A DNA stretch of 64,000 nt, from contig OX597818.1 of NCBI GenBank assembly GCA_951406725.2, positions 36,208,001 to 36,272,000 of the forward strand, in the 5' to 3' direction. Below are positions 28,943 through 43,508 of this stretch, in pieces. The translations under genes were made by a program, and so were the position numbers. The notes beneath the pieces were generated by a model that saw only the letters and a program-made list of their open reading frames with translations, was not told where the DNA came from and ran no database searches. The stretch is from Octopus vulgaris. Lineage: Eukaryota. Within the stretch, counting starts at the first letter, position 1. Every line of letters starts with the position of its first letter.

Positions 28943-29680
28943 GTGTACCGGACACAGCGCTGTTAATCTCACATAGTATGAATTCAGTTCCAAAATGCAT
29001 TAAATATAGTTGTAAATGCAGACCCTAATCTAGATTGCGAATCCTCTGTACCCCAGGATGGTTTAGCTCTCCACCTGTCAAAAGCCACCGTTTACGGAAT
29101 GAGGATAACAACGTAGCTTTCGCCCCCGTGCAACCGCCAGTCTATCACTTGCGGTGGGTGGATCTTCAAGTTGCCGAACGCATTCTTAGTAGTTTAGAAT
29201 AGGCTCGAATAAGAGATTATTCTTTGTGGCTAATGGTGTGAGTCTTCATTGAAAGAAGAAGAAAAAGAAGAAGAAGAAGAAGAAGAAGAACAACAACAAC
29301 AACAGCAGCAGCAACAACAACAACAACAACAACAGGGCAAACAGAAATCAATACATGAGTAAATATGCATTTTAATATTGTAATGTTGATAGCGGGGCGA
29401 AATGCTTAGCGATATTTCGTCTGTCTTTGTGCTCAAATTCTGAGCTCAAATTCCGCCGGGGTTGACGTTGCCTTTCATCATTTCAGGATCGATAAATTAA
29501 GTACCAGTATCTGCGTGTTTACTGGGGTCGATCTAATCGACTGGCCCCCTCCGCAAAAATTTCGGGCCATGAACCCAGAGTAGAAAAGAATATTTTAATG
29601 CTGGTTCAGACGGCGAGCTGGCAGAATTGTTAATATAGAGAGCAAAATGTTTAGCAATATTTCGTACGTTTTTAGTTTCT

Positions 29681-30278
29681 TATTTCTTTATTGCCCAAAA
29701 GGGACTATAAATAAAGGTGACAAACAAGGACAGACAAACAGATTAAGTCGATTACATCGATCCCAGTGCGTAAATGGTACTTAATTTATCGACCCCGAAA
29801 GGATGAAAGGCAAAGTTGACCTCGGCGTAATTTGAACTCAGAACGTAACGGCAGACGAAATACCTATTTCTTTACTACCCAAAGGGTCTAAACACAGAGG
29901 GGACAAACAAGGACAGACAAACGGATTAAGTCGATTACATCGACCCCAGTGCGTAACTAGTACTTATTTAATCGACCCAGAAAGGATGAAAGGCAAAGTC
30001 GACCTCGGCTGAATTTGAACTCAGAACGTAACGGCAAACGAAATACCTATTTCTTTACTACCCACAAGGGGCTAAACATAGAGGGGACAAACAAGGACAG
30101 ACAAACGGATTAAGTCGATTACATCGACCCCAGTGCGTAACTGGTACTTATTTAATCGACCCCGAAAGGATGAAAGGCAAAGTCGACCTCGGCGGAATTT
30201 GAACTCAGAACGTAACGGCAGACGAAATACCGCAAAACATTTCACCCGGTGTGTTAACGTTTCTGTCAGCTCGCCGCC
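29681..30278 (-). mobile_element. SINE family B trimer nested antisense in an older family B copy
   Basis: Three 184-bp units; older plus-strand head at about 29610-29680 resumes at about 30280. Confidence 0.85.
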
Positions 30279-31047
30279 TTCTGACTACAAATTCCGCTGA
30301 GGTCGACAAAACTTTTCATCTTTTCGGGATTGATAAAATAAATACCAGTCAAACACAACTTAACTCTCTTCCGAAATTGCTGACCCTGGAATCATTATTT
30401 CAATGCAGGCTAGATGTGGAGAGAGCTGGAAGAATCATTAGCACATAGGGCAAAATGCTTAGCGGTGTTCCGTACTTATTTACTTTCTGAGTTCAAATCC
30501 CGCCGAGGTCGACTTTATATTTTTATCAATTTTGGGTTGATACAATACTTGGTGAACAATGGTATCGATGTAATCGTCTTATCTAAGTCCCCGAAAATTG
30601 CTGGCCATTTGCCAAAATTTGAATTCAATAATTTAATGACTGTAGAAAATGATATATGTATCATTTGTGTGTGTATATAAGATGCGTGTATGTTGCGTAT
30701 GTATGTACACTCACGCAGCAAACACATGAATACCCATCGTCACATACACATTAATAGCAGCCATAGGCTTCACCATACACACAGCTATACTGCAGTATAC
30801 CCTGTGCAACCCCACCACATACCAACAACATCCATCTATACGCGCACGCGCATATATACGTATACTCTAACATACACACTAACACGGATTCCCAAACACC
30901 AACATACATCCACACACACACACACACACGTACACACACACACATACGCACAGAGAGTTATTCGAATACAAAGACGAGGCCCTAGCATGGTCGCCCACCA
31001 TGCTAGAAATAGTAGACTATTTCTTCGCCAAACATACACTGAAATCT

Positions 31048-31641
31048 TATTTCTTTATTGCACACAAGGGGCTAAGCGGAGAAAGGACAAACAAGGACAG
31101 ACAAAGAGATTAAGTCGATTACATCGACCCCAGTGCATAACTGGTACTTAATTTATCGACCCCGAAAGGATGAAAGGCAAAGTCGGCTTCGGCGGAATTT
31201 GAACTCAGAAAGTAAACACAGACGAAATACTTATTTCTTTACTACCCACAAAGGGCTAAACACAGAGGGGACAAACAAGGACAGACAAACGGATTAAGTC
31301 GATTACATCGACCCCAGTGTGTAACCGGTACATATTAAATCGACCCCGAAAGGATGAAAGGTAAAGCCGACCTCGGCGGAATTTGAACTCAGATCGTAGC
31401 AGCAGACGAAATACCTATTTCTTTATTACCCACAAGGGGCTAAACACAGAGGGGACAAACAAGGACAAACATAGGTATTAAGTCGATTACATCGACCCCA
31501 GTGCGTAACTGGTACTTAACTTATCGACCCCGAAAGGATGAAAGGCAAAGTCGACCTCGGCGGAATTTGAACTCAGAACGTAACAGCAGACGAAATACCG
31601 CTAAGTATTTCGCCCGGCGTGCTAACGTTTCTGCCATCTCG
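31048..31641 (-). mobile_element. SINE family B trimer
   Basis: Unit starts at 31048, 31232 and 31416 (184-bp period); flanking repeat CACTGA(A/C)ATCTTA. Confidence 0.9.
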
Positions 31642-31984
31642 TATCACTGACATCTTAAACAAGCAAAAACAACAGTGAATAATATAGTGCTAGCTATCTC
31701 CAAATGACGTGGTGGGCATGGTTGGAGTGTCAGCTCCACGAGAAGTGAGCAGAGCTAAACAACAAAAGTAACGACTAGAGCATCCTCATAAATAAAACTG
31801 ACCCTCTGACGCGCACACGCACGTATATTCATTCACACTTTTGTACACGGGCCCTAACACACTTCTGTACACATTTACGTATTTTATTTTACACATCTAT
31901 ATGCATACCCATACACATCTTTAAATACGTATATACACACCTTAAGTACACCATTATATATATATGTATGTGTGTGTGTGTTTG

Positions 31985-32066
<82 letters not shown>

Positions 32067-32220
32067 CATGTATGTATGTATGTATATATATATATATGTA
32101 TATATATATATACATGCATACATACATACATACATACATACATACATACATACATACATAGATATACATACACACACACACAGATATAGAGCGAAAAAGA
32201 GAGATAGCAAGACAGACAGA

Positions 32221-32274
<54 letters not shown>

Positions 32275-32699
32275 CTTTACAAACCTACTGACATCACAAA
32301 CATATAAGGTAGACTTTAACGACGGAGCCAGTATGTGGTAATTCCACATGTTAGAAATAGCAGTCTGATCTCCTTCTCCGTATCGAATCACCAAACTACC
32401 ATATTGGATAACATGGTCCTGGATCACTTGTATATAGAAAAACAGATGAGATGGTCATGGCTGGATTGCCTTAGAATAACTAAGTGCAGGCCTAGTTTAA
32501 ATGTCAACACTATCTACTGCACGCCTACACACAAACATATGCTCTGACACACACAAATACACACATACTCTGTTAAACATAAATCTACTACACCCCTAAT
32601 ACATACTATAACATACGCCAAAATACACAGTCTCTCTTACACTATATTGCCATATGTAAACGTATATTGAGTGTAATTCCTACAAGCATACATGTATGT

Positions 32700-33112
32700 A
32701 AGAACATCTACACACACACACACACACAGACACACACACACACACACACACTCACACACACTTACACACATATACACACACAGAAGGACACATACATGCA
32801 GTACCTTTCATATGCACACCTATATTGAAACACTGCAATTCATAAAAGCACACATACATATTGGAACATTTACACACACACACAAACACACACACACACA
32901 TGCGTGTACACACATACACACACATGCACACACGCGCGCGTACACACGCACGCGTTAACACACACACACACAGAGATACACACAAAAACATGCACACACA
33001 TGCATACACACACACACAGAGAATATCTTTCTACACACACACCTGCAATTAAATATACTCCAATTCACATAAGCTCTCACTCACATTCGAACATTTATCT
33101 GCACATCCACTT

Positions 33113-33170
<58 letters not shown>

Positions 33171-33558
33171 ACTCTCTCACTCAAACACACATCAGCACTC
33201 AGATATATTATTACACACGCATACACAAACACCTGACTACATAGATACCTACACTCAACCACATGCAATCGTACGCACACATACATTCATATACTCAGAT
33301 ATCTGTTAACACACATTTACTTTCGAACACGTTTTCTAACAGATAAACACACACATAAATATCTATCTACAAACACACGTACACTCAAATATATTTTGAG
33401 TCACTGACACACGCACTCACACAAGCATCTATTGACACACATCTACACTCAAGCATATACTCTAACTCACACAAAATCTCATGCACACACGCACACACAC
33501 ACATACCTCACATTCAAAAGCATACTCTAGTTCGCAAATACACTAACACACACTCGAG

Positions 33559-33604
<46 letters not shown>

Positions 33605-34860
33605 AACGTCCTTTCACATTCAAACCACACTCAAACAAGTAACCCTTACACAAACACACACACACACACACACAAACCTGCATTCAAACGCATACTCCAA
33701 CTCGCAAATACACATACACACACGCGCGCATACATACACAAAAACCTATCCACACGCACACACACAAACATATTTTCACATTCAGCCACACTCAAACAGG
33801 TACCTTCACACACACACACACACACACATTAAAACACGGAGGGTCTCGCACTTAAAAAATCGCACTTGCCTTAATACATACTTAGACCTACAAATGTGTA
33901 TTCACATACACCTAGACTCGAACGCATCCTCTCTCTCTTCCCTTCTCTCTTTCTTTCTTTCTTTCTCTCTCTTCTCTCTCTCACACACACACACACTCAA
34001 ATTAATATACACACTCAAGTACTAACACAAACGCTGGCATACACATCTCTACATACACTAAAATTACAAGAATACACAGGCACACACACACACACACACA
34101 CATACACACACGCACACGCAGACACACACACGCACACACACAAAGCACACACACTCTAGCAAGCACTCCATCTCACGTATACATCGACACACATCGTTTC
34201 ACAAACTTACCTTACAATCACACACATACACACACACACACTCACACGCATGCATACATACGCGCACACACACACATACATACGCACACACAAAGCACAC
34301 ATTCTAGCAAGCACTCCATCTCACGTATACATCGACGCACATCGCCTCACACACTTACCTTACAATTACACACACGCACGCACACACGCACACACACACA
34401 CATGCACACACAAAGCACACACACACAAATCACACACTCTAGCAAGTACTCCATCTCACGTATACATCGACACACATCGCCTCACAAACTTACCTTACAA
34501 TCGCACAGACACATACGCACACACACACACGCACACACACTTACCTTACAATCTCACACACACACAGACACACACACACACACACACAAACTTATCTATA
34601 AACTAAAGCACGGACACAATAATACGCAAACACTAACGCACACGGACATACTCTCTTACATAACTCCCACGCAAACTTACTATTCAACATGCACTCATAC
34701 ACAAACACATACACACACCTAGTGCCAAAACAACATGTACACTATAATACGCAGACGTACTCACACACGCACGGGCACACTTATTCTAGTACGGATATTC
34801 TATGATACACTCACACATACACAAATACATACACCTACATACTAGTTAAGTCAGACACCT
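32700..34860. repeat. CA-rich low-complexity tract with an embedded 3-copy minisatellite (34140-34505)
   Basis: Unit TCTAGCAAGCACTCCATCTCACGTATACATCGACACACATCG...CTTACCTTACAAT repeated three times, separated by (CA)n. Confidence 0.85.
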
Positions 34861-35013
34861 ACGCAAACTAGTGCACAGAAACTCAGACAATATAAGTTGT
34901 ACACACACATACTCATATATATATACCTATATGTACACAAGCAAACACACACACACACGATATATACATACAAACATACATACATACACATGTATGTATG
35001 CAAGTATCTATCT

Positions 35014-35070
<57 letters not shown>

Positions 35071-35195
35071 CATACACATATATATATAGATACATAGATA
35101 TATATAATATACATTATATATTGTACGTATGTATACACACATATATTCCTCTCTATATATTTATATACATATATATACACATACATACACAGACG

Positions 35196-35230
<35 letters not shown>

Positions 35231-35288
35231 ATATATATGTGTGTATGTGTATACACATATACATCCACAGAAGTATGTATTATGTATT

Positions 35289-35323
<35 letters not shown>

Positions 35324-35367
35324 ATGTATATATATATATATACAGAGAGAGAGAGAGGTAGATAGAC

Positions 35368-35447
<80 letters not shown>

Positions 35448-35601
35448 GCTTATACGCACGCACACATCCACATAAGCTCTTTCATAGAAGTACACAGAGG
35501 TTCTGATACATGCACACACACACATTCTCATCATGTGCTCAGCTCACACCGTGTGCCCGGGATTCACCGCAACCCAGATAAAACTACCAGATTACCTCTC
35601 G

Positions 35602-35640
<39 letters not shown>

Positions 35641-35903
35641 TCTCTCTCTCTCCCTCTCTCTCTCTCTTTTTCTGTTTCTGTCTCCTTCTTAGTCCCTCTC
35701 TCTCTCTCTTCGTCGTTCCCTATTACTCTCTTTCACTTTCTTTCTCTCTCTCTCTCTCACACACGCACATTCACACTCACATATAAAAGCACACGGACTC
35801 CATCACTCACTCAAAGACATACACACGCACCTCGATCAGCTGACCAAGCTCACATGTTATGTATTCACGAAAGGAATTTTTCTTCTCTTGCTTCTTCTCT
35901 TTA

Positions 35904-35953
<50 letters not shown>

Positions 35954-36187
35954 CTCACACACATCTCAAACACATTCACTTTCGCTTCTACTGCCTCTCT
36001 CTCTTTCTCCCATATCTCTTTCCCTCTTTCTCTCGTATCTCTTTCTCTCTCTCCCCCACACACTTCTTTCCCCTCTTTCTCTTTTATCTTTATCATTTCC
36101 TATTCCCCTCCTTTTACTATTATCCCCCTATTATTTCACTATGCTCTTAACCGCTCTCTTCCTCTGTCTCTCTCATCTCTCTCTAAA

Positions 36188-36220
<33 letters not shown>

Positions 36221-36680
36221 GTCTTCCTTCTCTTACTATTCCTCTCTCTCTCCATCTCTCTCTTTCTCTCTTCCTGTCTCACATAATGTCTTTCTCACAC
36301 TCACACACTTTCTCCTTTGATCAGCCTACATCTCTACTCATCGCTCTTCCACTCACTCTCTGTCTCACTCTCTCTCTCTCTCTCCCTGATTTTCCACGAT
36401 CATTCAGTCACATTATTTAGCACCTTTTTCCTTCTTCACTTTTTTTCTGTCATTTTTTTATGTTCTGTCTTTCTATAGGTTCCTTCTATTTATTGGTGTT
36501 TTAATTCCCTCTTTCGTTTACCCCTGCGTACCTTGCTGCATCTCCTTCCATTCATTCATTCACTCATTCATATTCATTCTTTCGTTCGTTCTCTCATTCA
36601 TTCATGATTTCTTTCTTTCTTTTTTTCATTTCCTTTGATCTTATTTTCGTCCTTTGTTATTTTTCCGTTAGTACTACTAC

Positions 36681-36712
<32 letters not shown>

Positions 36713-37889
36713 CTTCTTCTTCTTCTTCTTCTTCTTCTTCTTCTTCATTATTGTGACCATCAATCAACAACATCATATTGTTCTTTTTTTATTTTCTTTG
36801 CCTCCTTAGTTTAACTTGCTCAAAATGAGTCTTTATACATTAGGGTCTAAGCAAATTTCGTGCAAATAAAATTTTAAAAGAGCTAAAAGAAAATAGTTCA
36901 AATAAGCCAGTGGCCACATTGAATTGTGCTGAAAAACCGCACAGGATAATTTCTTTTTGAATTAAAACTTACCTATTTTTTATTACAATATTAATCCAAC
37001 AGAAATGATATCACATGCATTTCATTTACATTTTTTGGTTTGAAAAAATAAAATTTTTAATGATGTAAACTTTTCAGAATGTGCGTAATGAAAATTAATA
37101 TGCTAAATGAAATAAATGGAAGATGACACAGTATTTCAGGCTGTGGTCTTTAGGGAAGGGAAGTAAAAAAACAAGTTGGGAAATTGAGAGAAAAGGAAAT
37201 AGGAACGATACCAGTTTTACAACATTTGTTTACATGGCTGGCTTGGTGCAAAAAGAAACTTGAAGTGTAGCATAGAAGGAAAAGAGGTACAAACACAAAC
37301 TGGGATATACGGAAAGTAATTGGCATAGAGTGAGAAATAAGGACGAGAAAGAGGAAAAGGTGACAAGGACCAAAACACTAAGGACTATAGTGAATAAACA
37401 CAAATATCAATGTGTGTGCATGTGATTGTATACAGTGGTCTGGACTTATACTTGCGTGTAATTCAATTCTGAATTTGTTATGCAAGAATTTATATGTAAA
37501 ATTGTGTATTGAAATCAGCATTGTTATGCTTGGGGATACTCAATTAATAAAATATATAAACACTTGCAGCATTTTTTTATTATCCATATTTTACCACTTT
37601 TTCCAAAGCAGTTGTACTTTATTCATGTGCCTACAATCAATAATCTTCTCTCAAGCAATCTGCTGATTTTACAATTGGTTTGGTCTTTTTCTCTTAAAGG
37701 CGTGATTTCAGTTTCGGATTTACCATTCATAATAAGAGAAACAAATGTACACGCATTGTGAAGGAGTACAGTCAAAAAAAAATATTGTGGTGGGAGCATA
37801 AGAAAATATAAGCTGCTTGGTATGAAGAAAAAGACGTGAAATACAAACAAATCAACACCGTTGGATGCGGTTGTAAGCATTAATATTTA

Positions 37890-38280
37890 TATAATAATAA
37901 TCATAATACTAATAATAGTAATAATAATAATGATAATAATAATAATAGGGAGTATAACCCCAAACTTACAGGGAAAAATTCAATTTAGTACTAAATCAAA
38001 TTTCACAATATAAATCTATAAAATAGAAATTTGTGAAAACATCTCTATTATGCAATTCAAACAATGATAGACATAAACCAAATCATAAATAAAAAACAAA
38101 ATATATTTTCAGAAATATTAAATTTCTAAATATCTCATAGAGATATGTACGGTGGTGGACCGATAGAGTGGTTGTATACTGTCAACTTAACGTAACAGTC
38201 CCGTAAAGGGAATTACCCCACCGCTGTTTAGCCCTAGGAAGCATCGACGCTTCCTGTCGGCCTTGACACATTTCCTGTGA
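37890..38280 (-). mobile_element. probable non-LTR retroelement 3' UTR ending in (ATT)n
   Basis: Minus strand ends ...GGGGTTATACTCCC-(TAT)n; internal short hairpins. Confidence 0.35.
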
Positions 38281-38404
38281 AAACATATAACTAGATTACA
38301 AAAATTAAAATTTTTATATTCTCTAAGGATTGCTTGAAGCTCACTTCCTTCCTATACCTCGATCCTTGGGTCATAGATTTATATATATATATATATATAT
38401 ATAT

Positions 38405-39720
38405 TATATTATATTAAATTAGAGATAAAACCACTATTAGGCAAATCAAACAGTGAAAAGCATAAGCCAATACATAAAATTAATTTTAAAATATAAAAGT
38501 TAAGATTAAAATATTATTTAAATAATTTAAACTTATACATTTTAAATATATATATATGTATGTATGTATATTTTTATATTTATGTATTATTTTATTTATT
38601 AATTAATTAATTAATTTATTTATTTATTTATTAAAACATTTTTTTTTATAAATATCAAAAGTATTAAAAGTTTAATAAAAGATAAAGAGTAAAACACTAC
38701 GATCGTTTCATGGCTGTACCAATTCGAATAACAATAATTTAAATTCAATTAATAATTCGAGTTATGGTTACAGTCAATCTTCAGGTTAATTGAAATATAT
38801 TAAAAATAATCAGAAATATTTAAACAATATTTTTAAGATATATATAATATAATAATTTTACTTATAATAAACTCTATTATCAAACTAGAAACTTAAAAAA
38901 CTTAACAATTATGATTATATCAAAATCGATTATAATGTTAAATATTAATTTTAATTTATAAGGTAAGAAACCCACCAATAATCTAATATTGGTAATAGTC
39001 TATATCTAATTACATAAATATTTTTTAAAAAATTACTATTATATATAAATTATCAATGAAAATATATAAATGTATATAAATATTATAATTAAGATCTAAA
39101 ATAATCTCTATAAATAAATATATATGCACATATAATAAAGACCTAATAAATTAATTTTTCATATTTAAAGATGAAATAGCTAATTTCAAAAATACAAACA
39201 AACAAACTTGAATGAACTTTCGGAAATCGTATTTAAAATACTTATAGAAATAATCAATTCGTAGTTATATAGTATCGAATAAATACTATAAATACTATAA
39301 ATATATTTATCAATGGGAATAACTAGCGAATATCAATTTAAAAAGACAATAACTAAGTTATGCTATTAAGTTAGACACAGCCTGGACCAATCTTTGGTCG
39401 AAACATATCTAAATTTATCAAAGTTCATCTAATTTTAATTATAAGAAATTTAAAACTACAATTAATACTATTAATACATGTATATACAAAAACCTAACTT
39501 TAGACACCTCGTATACTTGCTATCAAACAACAAATATATCGCTAAGTAATATCTTACGAATAAACTTAAATTTAATATCTAATAATATAGAAAATTACGA
39601 TAATTAGATCATCATTACATAAACAACGATATTTACATAAAAAAAATATTATTACACCAAAGACTTATAAAATATTAAAATTTACAATTTAAAGATCTTA
39701 AATATAAATAAATACTTATC
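38405..39720 (-). mobile_element. very AT-rich PLE-like repeat carrying a long-stem-II HHR motif (38695-38787)
   Basis: Minus strand CTGAAGA-long hairpin-GAAA-CGATCG-TA; the first approx. 490 bp are duplicated at 41512-42005. Confidence 0.6.
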
Positions 39721-39969
39721 TTAGCGAGGTTTTGTAATAAACTATATATATATTTTTTTTTTCTAGTTTCAGCTCAGAGCTGCGGCCATGCTGATGCTCC
39801 ACATACACATATATATATACACATACACAAAATATGGGGGTCTAGTTCACAGGTGATCAAAACGATTAGGTACGCTAGTTAAATGCTGTGACGGATTACC
39901 AGGCGTCCAAGGTTATAGCCGAGACGTTAGTTATGGAGCCATCGTAGATTTCCGATATAGCGGATATAT

Positions 39970-40181
39970 AATTGTTAAAGAGGACAACAAACTTTAAGGC
40001 AAGGCAAACATCTCAAGTCATATGCATTATCATTATTGGAAAGAAGTAAAAATCTTAGAGCTGTTTCTGGTATATCGTAGAAACAGCCGTAAGATTTTTT
40101 TTGTTATTATTTCCAATAATAATAATGTATATGTCTTGAGATGTTTGCCTTGCCTTAACGTTTGTTGTCCTCTTTAGCATT
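39970..40181. repeat. fold-back repeat (about 100-bp arms) with breakpoint inside an HHR
   Basis: Centre CTGTTTCT-GGTATATCGT-AGAAACAG; right arm begins GAAACAGCCGTAAGA, the 3' half of an HHR. Confidence 0.8.
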
Positions 40182-40470
40182 TGAGACATGGCCGATCTCA
40201 CACACTTCTCATGAGGAATTCCGGAAGGAGCATCGTGAGACCACTGCTGAGACGCTTCCAAAAAAAAAAATAAATAAAATAAAATAAAAAAGATGTACCG
40301 TTGGAAAACCGATTAGAGCAGCGACTCCATCTAAGAATATGTGAAGAAGGAATATTATTCCGAAATATCATATCAGACTATGAATGACTAAATTACAACA
40401 GGTATATAGCCCATTGTCTGTATTATAGTGCATTGTCGTACCATTCAAAACTTTTTATTTTATATATATA

Positions 40471-40980
40471 CTAGCAGTATCGCCCGGCGTTGCTCGGGTT
40501 TGTAAGGGAAATAACTATATAAGCATTTTTAGAGAGTTACTTCCCTTATAGATCCCAATTCGGGCTTTCTTAGCCATTTCTGTTTTGGTGTCTTCAAGCC
40601 ATGAAGTCGTTGTTCTAAAAGAACGCTGGTCTCCTTGACAACGCTTTACGGCGTTGATTTCCTTACACTCCCTTCCCCACAGCTTCACGAGGGAGGGAAG
40701 AAGGGGGAGAAGCAAACAGGTGCAGGTGTGACCATGGACGCCAACTCCGCCGCCATCGACACACGAAAAATTATGCATTAAAATGGAATAAAAAATTATG
40801 TTAAATTATTTTTAAAATCGTAGACTCATCGTAGACGCGCGCTAATACTCAGACGGGCTCGATATGAATCACGACTATAAGATACCCGAATTTAGTTAAA
40901 CTGCACCGCAAAATGTGGGAGTAGTTAGGAATCTAAATCGAAGGGGACAGACACTCACACAACTACAGTTTTATATATAT
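40471..40980 (-). mobile_element. non-autonomous Helitron, tandem copy 1
   Basis: Plus strand CTAGCAGTATCGCCCGGCGTTGCTCGGGTTT is the reverse complement of the Helitron 3' hairpin plus CTAG. Confidence 0.8.
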
Positions 40981-40981
40981 A

Positions 40982-41471
40982 CTAGCAGTATCGCCCGGCG
41001 TTGCTCGGGTTTGTAAGGGAAATAACTATATAAGCATTTTTAGAGAGTTACTTCCCTTATAAATTCGGGCTTTCTTAGCCATTTTTGTTTTGGTGTCTTC
41101 AAGCCATGAAGTCGTTGTTCTAAAAGAACGCTGGTTTCCTTCACAACGCATTATGACGTTGATTTCTTTACACTCCCTTCCCCACAGCTTCACGAGGGAG
41201 GGAAGGGGGAGAAGCAAACAGGTGCAGCTGTGAGCGTGGACGCCAACTCCGCCACCATCGACACACGATGCATTTTATGCATTAAAATGGAATAAAAAAT
41301 GATGTTAAATTATTTTTAAAATCGTAGACTCATCGTTGACGCGCGCTAATAATCAGACGGGCTAGATATTAATCACGACTATAAGATACCCGGTTTCGGT
41401 TAAACTGCACCGCAAAATGTGGGAGGAGTTAGGAATCTAAATCGAAGGGGACAGACACTCACACAACTAGA

Positions 41472-41480
<9 letters not shown>
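40982..41480 (-). mobile_element. non-autonomous Helitron, tandem copy 2
   Basis: Head-to-tail near-identical copy of 40471-40980. Confidence 0.8.
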
Positions 41481-41511
<31 letters not shown>

Positions 41512-41515
<4 letters not shown>

Positions 41516-42005
41516 ATATTAAATTAGAGATAAAACAACTATTAGGCAAATCAAACAGTGAAAAACATAAACCAATAAATAGAAATAAATTAATTTATAT
41601 AATATACAAAATATACAAAATATAAAATTCAAAATTGAAATTATTTAAATAATTAATTTATACTTATAAATTTATATATACATTATTATTATTTTTATTT
41701 TTTATCTTTTATTTATTATTTATTTATTCATTTATATATTTTTTTAAATAAATAAAACTATCAAAAAGAATTAAAAGTTTAATATAAGATAAAGAGTAAA
41801 ACCAATACGATCGTTTCATGCCCATAATCTAATTCGAATAACAATAATTTAAATTAAATTAATAATTCGAATTATGGTTATAGTCAATCATCAGGTTAAT
41901 GATAATATTTAAATGAATAATCAAAAATATTTAAGCAATATTTTTTAAGAAATAAATAAAATAGTAATTTTTCTTATAAAAAACTCTATTATCAAACTAG
42001 AAACT
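41512..42005 (-). mobile_element. second copy of the AT-rich PLE-like repeat with HHR motif (41803-41897)
   Basis: Minus strand CTGATGA-long hairpin-GAAA-CGATCG-TA. Confidence 0.6.
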
Positions 42006-43187
42006 TATTCTCTGCAAGCCTACTACTTATCCTATAGTCACTTTTAAGTTACAGGAATATAAACACACCTGCATCGGTTGTCAAACGATAGCAGAGGTGT
42101 GTGTGTGTGGGGGAAACACAGACACACATCAATATATATATAAATACACACACACACACACATATATATATATACATACACAAACACACACACACACACA
42201 TATATATATATGACGGGCTTCTTTCAGTTTCCTTTAACCAAATCCACTCACAAGGCTTTGGTCGGCCCGAGACTATAGGAAAAGACCAAGGTGTTACGCA
42301 GTTGAACTGAACCCGGAGCCATGTGGTTCGGAAGTTAACTTCTGACCACATAACCATGCCGCACTTATATACAAACTTCTTCCACAAAAGTTAGTGACAT
42401 TCTATTTAATAAAATATATATTTTTAATAGATAATAACTTTTTATAAAAATCTCTCGCTAATTTTTGCGACAGAATCAAGGAAGTTTACTCTTTTTCTTT
42501 TAATTGTTTTAGTAAATTGACTGCGGCCATGCGGTGGTACCGCCTTTATTCGAGTAAATCGACCCCAGGACTTATTCGTTGTAGGTCTTGTACATATTCC
42601 ATCGATCTCTATTGCTGAACCGCTAAGTTACGGTGATGTAAACACACCAGCAGCAGTTGTCAAGCGATGTTGGGCGGGGGGGGGGCAAACACGGACACAC
42701 GAACACACACACACATACATAGATACGAGGGGTATATGAAAAGTCTTAAGCCTCAACGAAACAAAACATTATTTTAAAATTAACGATCTTATCCTTATTT
42801 ATATAGATTTAAATTTATTTCGTCACTGTATTTACTGCGGCGTTATTTTGACCATATCTCACATGGAAGTAAGCGGCGGGCATTTTAAACTGGCCATGAT
42901 GCGTACGTTCATATATATGTAGGTATGCGTTCGTATATGTAAGTATTCGTATGTTGTATTTATATATATATATATATGTATTTATGTTTATCTTATTTCT
43001 TTATTGCCCACAAGGGGCTAAACATAGAAGAGACAAATAAGGACAGACAAAGGGATTAAGTCGATTATATCGACCCCAGTGCGTAACTGGTACTTAATTT
43101 ATCGACCCCGAAAGGATGAAAGGTAAAGTCGACCTCGGCGGAATTTGAACTCAAATAAATATGTATTTATGTTTATCTACTCAGTGT

Positions 43188-43245
43188 ATTCTACTGACGA
43201 GGCAAAGCATTCATAAATGCACAATCAGAAATCCGGATCTAGAAT
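43188..43245 (+). ncRNA. type I hammerhead motif (stem II base decayed)
   Basis: ATTCTA-CTGACGA-...GCAT/ATGC...-GAAA-TCCGGA-TC-TAGAAT: 6-bp stem I, palindromic stem III ATCCGGAT, AUC triplet. Confidence 0.7.
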
Positions 43246-43386
43246 TACCCAATAATTTTTTACTAGTTTCATCTTGTTTTTTTGTTTTCTCTCCGTGTTG
43301 ATATGTGGACAATTAAGGTGGTTTTAGAGTCGGGTCATGGCTGCTATTTTCAGCATGGTGGTATCTCGTAGATACCCAAATTTATA

Positions 43387-43423
<37 letters not shown>

Positions 43424-43424
<1 letters not shown>

Positions 43425-43508
43425 TTTATTTAAAGCAGCAGAAAATTCAACAAAACCTATTACTCTGAGTAAAAGCTTTTGTTGAATTTTCTGCTGCTTT
43501 AAATAAAG
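43424..43508. repeat. short fold-back hairpin (32-bp perfect arms)
   Basis: CTTTATTTAAAGCAGCAGAAAATTCAACAAAA mirrored by TTTTGTTGAATTTTCTGCTGCTTTAAATAAAG, between (TA)n tracts. Confidence 0.85.

Noticed and set aside
29681-31641. Regularly spaced direct repeats resembling a CRISPR array
   Set aside because: Whole 184-bp units repeat with no unique spacers, there are no cas genes, and the context is a eukaryotic SINE.
38160-38280. GC-richer hairpins as a twister, pistol or HDV-like ribozyme
   Set aside because: The conserved nucleotides and pseudoknots of those classes could not be matched by eye.
39371-39412. TTAGA...GACCA/TGGTC-GAAA-CATA-TCTAA hairpin (similar at about 55420)
   Set aside because: No CUGANGA core, so it cannot be called a ribozyme.
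40337-40372. GTGAAGA-AGGAAT/ATTCC-GAAA motif
   Set aside because: G3 cannot pair with G8, and stems I and III are unconvincing.
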